A stretch of 64,000 bases of DNA, from assembly GCA_965116475.1 (NCBI GenBank), contig OZ220691.1:2336001-2400000 (forward strand), given 5' to 3'. How positions within the stretch are numbered: the stretch's first letter is position 1; the number at the start of each line of letters is the position of its first letter. The translations under genes were made by a program, and so were the position numbers. This DNA is from Gemmatimonadota bacterium. GTDB taxonomy: Bacteria; Gemmatimonadota; Gemmatimonadetes; Palauibacterales; Palauibacteraceae. A model generated the notes under the pieces. It had not been told where the DNA came from, did not search any database, and was given only the letters and a program-made list of their open reading frames with translations. This document shows positions 18,599 to 26,065 of the stretch, piece by piece.

Positions 18599-20108
18599 GG
18601 GCGAGGGCGGCGAGGAAGTCGGGGAGCGGCGCCGGGTCGGCGCGCCGGTTGTAGGCCTCGTAGATGTCGGGGACCTGGTCGAGCGCCGGCGCCACTTCCA
18701 CGAGCTGCCGGAGATCGACGTTGCGCACGTAGCGCGCGCCGCCCGGCAGCCGCTCCGAGACGAGGTGGGGTTCGAGGGCGATCCGGTTCCCGGCCACGGC
18801 GGGGGCGGAGACGATTTCGAGTCCAGCGGCCGGGCGGAGGTGCACGGAGGGGAGCGCGCGGATGGTCTCGTACGCCGCCCGCACCTCCGTGCTTCCGAGG
18901 AACGCCTCGGCTTTGTCTTCCGCGAGCGAGCGCTCGCCCGGCTCCGGCATCCCGGACGCTCCGGCCGCCGCCGCGGGTTCCCGGAGGCCACCCCCCGCCG
19001 CGCGCGCGGCGTCGAGCCGGGCGTCCCAGAAGGGATGGTCGTTCGCGGCGGCGGCCTGCTCCAGGAAGGGAACGGACAGCGCCCGGTACGTGCGGTACAC
19101 CTCGCGTTCCCGGTCGTCGTACAGCTCGCAGGCCGGGCCGGCCATCGCGTCGTCCTCCAGCGCCGTATGCGTCACGATCGCGGCGAGCCAGGCGGAGGCG
19201 AGCGCCTTCTTGACGCCGTACGAGGAGAGGGGGTCGATGAAGGAGCCGGCGTCGCCGACGAGGAGCAGGCCCGGCCGGCCATGCGAGGTTGCGCCGTAGA
19301 GCGACGCGGGACATGCCCGCACGGGCCCGTCCAGCCGGCCTCCTTCGAGGCGCCGGCCGAGCCGCGCCGCCTTGGCCAGCTCGGCGCGCCACATGCCGTC
19401 GAGGCCCCGCTTGCGCGCCAGATCCGTGCGGCGCGGGTCGACCATCGCCGTGACGCAGCGGGTACGCGGCGAGGTCGGCACCGACCAGGCCCACCCGTCC
19501 CGGTAGCTCTCGATCAGCGTACAGCCGGGGTCCGGTGGGGCGTGGCCGCGGTCCGCGGTCCAACGGCCGACGAGCGCGAGCGTGGCGATGCCGCGTTCGC
19601 GCGTCCGGAGCCCGCGCCGGGCGAGCACCCCGGCCCGCCCGGAGGCGTCGAGTACCCAGCGGCCCCGGTAGCGCGCGGCTGAGGTGGCCACGCGCCAGCC
19701 CTCGGGCTCAACGGCCGTCTCGACCACCGGCCCGTCCGTCACCAGCCGCGCGCCCGCCTCGCGGGCCACTCCATGAAAGGCGGTCTCCAGCGCCGCCCGC
19801 TCCGCATGGAAACCACGTTCAGGCTCCCCGAACCGTTCTTCGCGGCGGGGCATCCCGGCCCACCACACGGTGTTGCCCTCGTTCGGCACGAAGCCCGCCG
19901 CGTCCAGTACGTCCAGCGCGCCCACGCGTTCGAGGAGTTTCCGCGCCGAGCCGGGGATCGACTCGGCGAGCCACTTCGCCGGCGGCGCGGGCCGCGTGAT
20001 CAGCGCGACATCGTGCCCGCGCCGCGCCAGCGACGCCGCGGCGGCGCAGCCGGCCGGCCCGCCGCCGACGATCAGGGCATCGTAGACGTGTCGGTCGGGC
20101 CCGCTCAG
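18516..20108 (-). CDS. qhpG: FAD-dependent monooxygenase/halogenase-fold protein, candidate QhpC Trp hydroxylase
   Basis: DALIVGGGPAG, LDASGR, GWAWSVP, VGDAGSFIDPLSSYGV; adjacent to qhpA; start uncertain (CTG 20108 overlapping upstream TGA). Confidence 0.68.
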   Translation of the reverse strand: MSGPDRHVYDALIVGGGPAGCAAAASLARRGHDVALITRPAPPAKWLAESIPGSARKLLERVGALDVLDAAGFVPNEGNTVWWAGMPRREERFGEPERGFHAERAALETAFHGVAREAGARLVTDGPVVETAVEPEGWRVATSAARYRGRWVLDASGRAGVLARRGLRTRERGIATLALVGRWTADRGHAPPDPGCTLIESYRDGWAWSVPTSPRTRCVTAMVDPRRTDLARKRGLDGMWRAELAKAARLGRRLEGGRLDGPVRACPASLYGATSHGRPGLLLVGDAGSFIDPLSSYGVKKALASAWLAAIVTHTALEDDAMAGPACELYDDREREVYRTYRALSVPFLEQAAAANDHPFWDARLDAARAAGGGLREPAAAAGASGMPEPGERSLAEDKAEAFLGSTEVRAAYETIRALPSVHLRPAAGLEIVSAPAVAGNRIALEPHLVSERLPGGARYVRNVDLRQLVEVAPALDQVPDIYEAYNRRADPAPLPDFLAALALTVGAGFLDLPPQPPPSATAGSPSSDQ

Positions 20109-20821
20109 TTCGGCCGCTGGCGCAGCGCGAGCGCGCCCCCGCCGCCCGGCCCGTCCATGGCGAAGCAGTAGAAGCGGCCGTCGCCGCCCGTCCCGCGCAG
20201 ATCCTCGAGGCTGCAGCCCCGCGACCCGTGCGCCTCGTTCCACGACGTCGGGTTCTGTCCGCCGCCCGTGCGGTCGTGGTGTCCGACGAGCGCACTGCCC
20301 TCGCCGCTCGACATCCAGTTGCTGCACGTCGTGTCGCCGTCCGCGCCCGAGGCCATGCCGTTCATCAGGGTCCCGGTGAGGATGTCGTGCTGGTTCGGCT
20401 GGTCGCCCCGGCCGTTCACCTCATCGCCGTTCTCCGTGAGGATCGTGGCCTTGGTCAGGTTCGGGCCGTTGCTGTGCAGGTGTTCGACATCCCGGGCGAT
20501 CATCGTGCCCGCGTGGTTGAACCACGGCCCGTCGCCGATCCGGTCGCGCGCGTTCACGCCGCCCGTACCGGTGGTGCTGAGGTAGGCCCGCCACATGCGG
20601 TCGGGCAGTCCGGCCGCCTCGGCCAGCGTCCCGCAATACGCGTCCGCGCCCTCGAGACCGCCGAGGTCCGCGCCGTCCCCCGGATTCGAACTCGTGATGA
20701 AGAAGCTGATGTTCTCGTCCTGCGCCGCCACGGCGTTCGCGCCGAACGCGAGCAGGATGGCCGCGAGGCCCGCCGCGAGCCCCGCCGCGAGACCCATTGA
20801 CCTTTTCGTTCTCCAATTCAT
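20105..20821 (-). CDS. Secreted lectin-like (endostatin/collagen NC1-like, DUF1554-like) protein
   Basis: AGGAG RBS; signal peptide; FFITS, DLGGLEGADAYC, WRAYLS, RIGDGPW, HDILTG, TCSNW, FYCFA. Confidence 0.78.
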   Translation of the reverse strand: MNWRTKRSMGLAAGLAAGLAAILLAFGANAVAAQDENISFFITSSNPGDGADLGGLEGADAYCGTLAEAAGLPDRMWRAYLSTTGTGGVNARDRIGDGPWFNHAGTMIARDVEHLHSNGPNLTKATILTENGDEVNGRGDQPNQHDILTGTLMNGMASGADGDTTCSNWMSSGEGSALVGHHDRTGGGQNPTSWNEAHGSRGCSLEDLRGTGGDGRFYCFAMDGPGGGGALALRQRPN

Positions 20822-20877
20822 TGTCCAACTCCTGTGCCGGTCCCGTTTCCCGTACCCGCCCCACTCCCGCGTCCTGC

Positions 20878-21903
20878 TTACCGCCGAATGTACTTTCTCA
20901 TCTGTCGGGGGCCGACCTCGGCTCCGTAGAGGTTGCCGTGCGCGTCGACCGCGATCCCCTCGGCGCCGCTCGTGCCGGATGCGTCCTGGTTGGGCTCCGG
21001 ATCCGGGATGAAGGTCGTCACCCAGCCGGTCGCCGCGTCGCCGATGTAGATGCCGCGGAGCCACCCCTTGTTGCGGCGCGCGTTCGACTCGGAGTCCGTC
21101 GAGTAGAGGACGTCTTCCTCGTCGATGAACAGCCCGCTCGGCCGCCCGAACTGGTGCCAGGTCTCGAGGTGGTTCCCCTCCTGGTCGAAGACCTGGACAC
21201 GGCTGTTGCCGCGGTCGCCGACGAAGAGGCGTCCCTGCGAGTCCATGGCAAGCGCGTGCGGGTCGCGGAACTCTCCGTTCGCCGTGCCCGCGCGTCCCCA
21301 CTCCATGAGGAAGGTGCCATCGGGCGCGAACTTCACGATGCGGTTGTTGCCGCCCGCGTCGTGCCCGTCCGCGACGAAGATGCTGCCGTCGGGCGCGATG
21401 AGGATGTCCGACGGCTTGTTGAAGTGGTTCGGACCGTCTCCCGCGACGCCCTTCTCGCCCAGAACCATCAGGACCTCGCCCTCGGGGCTGAACTTGTAGA
21501 TCACGTGTCCCCAGCCCTCCGGTACCGGCGCGTATCCCACGGCATCGGCCACCCACACGCTGCCGTCCTCCTCGACGAACATTCCGTGCGGCCACGCGAT
21601 CAGTCCCGAACCGAAGCTCCGCACGACGTTCCCCTCGGTGTCGAAGAGCAGGATCGGGTCGACGTCGCTCTCGACGCACAGGTTCGCGCCGCACCGCTCA
21701 CCCACCCAGATGTGTTCGCCGTCCGGGGCCGGATAGACGGCGCTCGTCGCGCCCCAGTTGCGTCCATCGGGAAGCTGTCCCCAGCCGTCCACGGCCCTGT
21801 AGGGGTTCGGCGCCGTCAACTGCGCCGCGAGCGCATCGGCGCCCACAACGACTGCCGCGAGCGCGAGTGCCGCGCCGAGTCCGATTCGCCTTGTGCTGTG
21901 CAT
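20878..21903 (-). CDS. Secreted NHL-repeat protein (PAL-like six-bladed propeller)
   Basis: GGAGG RBS; signal peptide; WPHGMFV, FNKPSDILIAPDGSIFVADG, NNRIVKF, FRDPHALAMD, DRGNSRVQVF. Confidence 0.85.
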   Translation of the reverse strand: MHSTRRIGLGAALALAAVVVGADALAAQLTAPNPYRAVDGWGQLPDGRNWGATSAVYPAPDGEHIWVGERCGANLCVESDVDPILLFDTEGNVVRSFGSGLIAWPHGMFVEEDGSVWVADAVGYAPVPEGWGHVIYKFSPEGEVLMVLGEKGVAGDGPNHFNKPSDILIAPDGSIFVADGHDAGGNNRIVKFAPDGTFLMEWGRAGTANGEFRDPHALAMDSQGRLFVGDRGNSRVQVFDQEGNHLETWHQFGRPSGLFIDEEDVLYSTDSESNARRNKGWLRGIYIGDAATGWVTTFIPDPEPNQDASGTSGAEGIAVDAHGNLYGAEVGPRQMRKYIRR

Positions 21904-22022
21904 CCGTCCTCCTGTCCGTCCGGTCCGCGCCGTCCCCATCGCTGCCGAACCGAAAACGATGGGACGTCACCGGCAAAGCGGGCAAGTTGGGCAGGCGGCG
22001 CAACGGGGCCCGCCCGAAGGGG

Positions 22023-23462
22023 CTACTCCGCCAGGGCGGCCCGCCCGCCTCCTTTCGCCTTCGCGGCCAGCCGGCCGAACGGTCCGCTGATTGCCCACGC
22101 GGCGCCCACGACGATCAGCGCGAGCGCCCCCCAGCGCATGAGCGCGGCGGCGAGCGCTCCGTCGAAGGCGGGCCACGTGAAGCGGTAGGCCAGCAGGTCC
22201 GAGCCACGGTCCGTCATCCAGTGCCAGCCCGTGTGTGCGAGCAGCGCAGACCCGATGATCGTCCCCATCCGCTCCGCCACCACCTTGCGGAACAGCACTT
22301 CGACCACCGGAACGGCGACCGCGACCACGACGAGTTGTCCCAGCTCGACCCCCACGTTGAACGCGAGCAGGGAGGCGAGCAGGTGTCCGCCCGCGAACTG
22401 CAGCGACTCGCTGAGCGCGAACGAAAAGCCGAACCCGTGCACGAGCCCGAACCCGAACGCGAGCAGCCACCGCTTCCGGGGTTTTGCCCCGACGATGTTC
22501 TCGAGCGCCATGTAGACGATCGAGAGCGCGATGAGCGTCTCGATCAGGGGTGGAAACCAGAGGGCGCGCGGCGCGATCCCGAAGGCGGAGGCGATGAGCG
22601 TGATCGAGTGCGCGATCGTGAAAGACGTGATGACCGGCACCAGGCCCCAGAGCGTCCGCAGCGGGATGACGAGACAGAGGAGGAAGAGGAGGTGGTCGAT
22701 CCCGTCGAGGATGTGCGTGAAGCCGAGCGACACGAAGCGCAGCGCCGCCTGGTGCCAGCGGGGATCGAGCCGCACGAGTCCGGGGTCGCCGACGTACTGG
22801 AAGGCGCGCTCCGGGCGATCCGGGGGCCGCAGGCGCAGCACCGTGACCGTCCGCAGGCCGAGGTGCGCGAAACCCGGATCGATCGAGAAACGGGACTCGT
22901 CCGACGCGATATCGTACTCCAGCAGCACGTCGAGCAGCGCCTGCCGCCACGGGAGCTGCAATCCGGGATCGAGCGGCGGGTCGTCGAAGTGCGCCAGCGC
23001 CGTCTCGTAGCTGGCGAAGGACCGGTCCGAGGGGAGAGAGACGCGGGTCGCCACGATGCGGGGCGCCTCCAGGCGTCGATCCTCCTCGTAGAACGTCACG
23101 TAGTCGGCGAGCCAGAGTTGCGCCGCGTCGCGGAGGAACGGGCCCGCCGCCTCCAGGTCCAGATACCCGAGTCCGTACTGAGGGAACTCGATGTCCCGCA
23201 TCGCCTCGAGCGGCGCCCGCACGAGAAAACGGAGGCGGGATCCCTCCGGAGTGACGAAGGCCTGCACCGTGACGTCCGCCGGAATCTCGTGCGGCAGGGC
23301 GGCGACCGCCTCGGCCGCGCGATCCGCCGCCGTCCGCTCGGGTGCGCGATCCGGCGCCGCCCGCGCCGCGCCGGCCAGGCTCGTCAGACCGTAGAGCGCA
23401 AGCACGCACCCCGGCAGAAGCGCCGTGCGCCGCGTTGGACGCCGTGTGTACCCTCGTTTCAT
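22023..23462 (-). CDS. HupE/UreJ-family membrane protein with N-terminal periplasmic domain
   Basis: Mature start HEIP; LGFTHILDGIDHLLFL, SFTIAHSITL, FGLVHGFGF, LLAFNVGVELGQ. Confidence 0.87.
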   Translation of the reverse strand: MKRGYTRRPTRRTALLPGCVLALYGLTSLAGAARAAPDRAPERTAADRAAEAVAALPHEIPADVTVQAFVTPEGSRLRFLVRAPLEAMRDIEFPQYGLGYLDLEAAGPFLRDAAQLWLADYVTFYEEDRRLEAPRIVATRVSLPSDRSFASYETALAHFDDPPLDPGLQLPWRQALLDVLLEYDIASDESRFSIDPGFAHLGLRTVTVLRLRPPDRPERAFQYVGDPGLVRLDPRWHQAALRFVSLGFTHILDGIDHLLFLLCLVIPLRTLWGLVPVITSFTIAHSITLIASAFGIAPRALWFPPLIETLIALSIVYMALENIVGAKPRKRWLLAFGFGLVHGFGFSFALSESLQFAGGHLLASLLAFNVGVELGQLVVVAVAVPVVEVLFRKVVAERMGTIIGSALLAHTGWHWMTDRGSDLLAYRFTWPAFDGALAAALMRWGALALIVVGAAWAISGPFGRLAAKAKGGGRAALAE

Positions 23463-23573
23463 CCCATCAGGATGGCGCGGCCGGCGCGCGCCGTCGACCC
23501 CGGCCGATCTCTGGACGAACGCGGATGGCATCTGTAGCGTGAATCCTACACCTATCCGCAAGGAGAGACGGCC

Positions 23574-24770
23574 ATGAACGGAAAGCGGCGAACCCTCATC
23601 TTCGGTATGGTCGCGGGCATCGCCCTCGCGCTGGCGTGCGGCCAGGCGGCCATGGACGACGGGGCCCAGGCCAGCGAGGGGCAGGGCGTCGAGGCGCCGA
23701 TGTTCGAGGTGGACCCGTTCTGGCCCAAACCGCTGCCGGACCACTGGGTGCTCGGCTCGGCCATCGGCGTGGGCGTGGACTCGCGCGACCACGTCTTCAT
23801 CGTGCACCGCGGCAACCTCACGGAACGCACCGAGGGCGGGGCCGATGCGGACCCGCCGATCGGCGAGTGCTGCCGGGCCGCGCCACCCGTGCTCGAGTTC
23901 GATCCCGAAGGAAACCTCGTCAACGCCTGGGGAGGACCGTCGGAAGACTACGTGTGGCCCGGCTCGAACCACGGGATCACCGTCGACCACATGGACAACC
24001 TGTGGATCGGCGGAAACGGGCCGAACGACACGCACATCCTGAAGTTCTCGCGCGATGGCGAGTTCCTCGCTTCGTACGGCGAGCCGGAAGCGGGGCCGGA
24101 ACCGGACAGCCACAGCGAGACGCGCTTCAACCGCGTGGCGAAGCTGGCGTTCGACGCCTCGGCCAACGAGGCCTACCTCGCGGACGGCTACGGCGGGCGC
24201 CGGGTTGCGGTGCTGGACGCTTCGACCGGCGCCTTCAAGCGCTACTGGGGCGCCTACGGCAACGCGCCCGACGACACGCGCACGCCGCCCTACGACCCGG
24301 ACGCGCCGCTCATCCAGCAGTTCCGCACCCCCGTGCACTGCGCCGAGCCGTCGCTCGACGGCCTCGTCTACGTGTGCGACCGCCCGAACGACCGGATCCA
24401 GGTCTTCCAGACGGATGGGACGTACGTGGATGAGGTGCGGATCGCGCCGCGCACGCTGGGCGACGGGTCGACGTGGGACATCGCCTTCTCGCGCGACGCG
24501 GACCAGAAGTACATGTACGTCGCCGACGGCAAGAACATGCGCGTCTACATCATGGACCGCGCCTCGCTCGAGATCCTGACCAGCTTCGGCGATGGCGGCC
24601 GGCAGCCGGGCCAGTTCTTCGCCGTCCACAGCATCGCGACGGACTCGAACGGCAACATCTACACGACGGAAACCTACGAAGGGAAGCGGGTCCAGAAGTT
24701 CGTGTACATGGGCACGGGCCCCGTGCCGGCCGAGCACCAGGGCCCGCCCTGGCCGCGCGGCGACCAGTAG
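23574..24770 (+). CDS. NHL-repeat lipoprotein, paralog 1
   Basis: Lipobox LALAC; FEVDPFWPKPLP, CCRAAP, NHGITVD, ADGYG, PVHC, CDRPNDRIQVF, HSIATDS. Confidence 0.87.
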   Translation: MNGKRRTLIFGMVAGIALALACGQAAMDDGAQASEGQGVEAPMFEVDPFWPKPLPDHWVLGSAIGVGVDSRDHVFIVHRGNLTERTEGGADADPPIGECCRAAPPVLEFDPEGNLVNAWGGPSEDYVWPGSNHGITVDHMDNLWIGGNGPNDTHILKFSRDGEFLASYGEPEAGPEPDSHSETRFNRVAKLAFDASANEAYLADGYGGRRVAVLDASTGAFKRYWGAYGNAPDDTRTPPYDPDAPLIQQFRTPVHCAEPSLDGLVYVCDRPNDRIQVFQTDGTYVDEVRIAPRTLGDGSTWDIAFSRDADQKYMYVADGKNMRVYIMDRASLEILTSFGDGGRQPGQFFAVHSIATDSNGNIYTTETYEGKRVQKFVYMGTGPVPAEHQGPPWPRGDQ

Positions 24771-24820
24771 ACGGTAGACGACCGTTGGACCGGCGACTGG
24801 ACCAACGAGGAGGTACAGCC

Positions 24821-26041
24821 ATGAACGGCAAGCGGCGAACCCTCATCGGCGGCGCGACGGCCGGCGCTGTCATCGCGCTCGCCTGCGGACAGGCGGCGAT
24901 GGACGACGCGGGCTCGGCCGGCGCGAGCTTGGCCGACGGGGCGGGACAGGGCGTCGAGGCGCCGATGTTCGAGGTGGATCCGTTCTGGCCCAAACCGCTG
25001 CCGGAACACTGGCTCCTGGGTTCCACGGTCGGGGTCGGCGTGGACTCCCGCGACCACGTCTTCATCATCCATCGCCGCGCCTCGATCAACCCCGGGACGG
25101 AACTGGGGCTCGACGCGGATCCGCCGACCAGCGAATGCTGCCGGGCGGCCCCCGAAGTGCTCGTGTTCGATCCCGAGGGCAATCTCGTGAACTCGTGGGG
25201 AGGTCCCTCCGACGACTACGTGTGGCCCGAGTCGAACCACGGGATCACCATCGACCACATGGACAACGTGTGGATCGGCGGCAACGGGGCGAGCGACTCG
25301 CACATCCTCAAGTTCTCGCGCGATGGCGAGTTCCTCGCGTCGTACGGACAGCCGGCCCTGGGGCAGGAACCCGACAGCCACAGCGAGACGCGCTTCAACC
25401 GCGTGGCGAAGGTTGCCTTCGATGCGGAGGCCAACGAGGCGTACGTCGCCGATGGCTACGGCGGACGCCGCGTGGCGGTGCTCGACGCGTCGACCGGCGC
25501 CTTCAAGCGCTACTGGGGCGCGTACGGCAACGCGCCGGACGACACCCCGCCGCCCCTCTACGACCCGGACGCGCCCCCTTCGCAGCAGTTCCGGACGCCG
25601 GTGCACTGCGCCGACCCCTCGCTCGACGGCCTCATCTACGTCTGCGACCGCGCAAGCGACCGGATCCAGGTCTTCCAGCGGGACGGGACGTTCGTCGACG
25701 AGGCGATGATTGCGCCGCGCACGCTCGGCGCCGGTTCGACCTGGGACATCGCCTTCTCGCGCGATCCCGACCAGCGGTACATGTACGTCGCCGACGGATC
25801 GAACCACCGCGTCTACGTCATGGACCGGGCTTCGCTCGAGGTGCTGACGATGTTCGGCGACGGCGGCCGCCAGCCTGGGCAGTTCATCGGCGTCCACAGC
25901 GTCGCGACCGATTCGAGGGGCAACGTCTACACGACCGAGACGTACGACGGAAAGCGCATCCAGAAGTTCGTGTACATGGGCATGGGTCGCGTGCCGGCCG
26001 AGCAGGGCCCTCCGTGGCCCGACTCCGGGAGCGAGCCCTGA
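24821..26041 (+). CDS. NHL-repeat lipoprotein, paralog 2 (tandem duplicate)
   Basis: GAGGAGG RBS, ATG 24821; collinear with and highly similar to paralog 1. Confidence 0.87.
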   Translation: MNGKRRTLIGGATAGAVIALACGQAAMDDAGSAGASLADGAGQGVEAPMFEVDPFWPKPLPEHWLLGSTVGVGVDSRDHVFIIHRRASINPGTELGLDADPPTSECCRAAPEVLVFDPEGNLVNSWGGPSDDYVWPESNHGITIDHMDNVWIGGNGASDSHILKFSRDGEFLASYGQPALGQEPDSHSETRFNRVAKVAFDAEANEAYVADGYGGRRVAVLDASTGAFKRYWGAYGNAPDDTPPPLYDPDAPPSQQFRTPVHCADPSLDGLIYVCDRASDRIQVFQRDGTFVDEAMIAPRTLGAGSTWDIAFSRDPDQRYMYVADGSNHRVYVMDRASLEVLTMFGDGGRQPGQFIGVHSVATDSRGNVYTTETYDGKRIQKFVYMGMGRVPAEQGPPWPDSGSEP

Positions 26042-26065
26042 GCCAGCCCTGAGCCAAGCCCCGGC

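Noticed and set aside
18516..20108. Flavin-dependent halogenase of a natural-product cluster
   Set aside because: It has a WxWxxP-like motif, but position next to qhpA and the need for a Trp hydroxylase favour QhpG; halogenase activity is not excluded without a tree.
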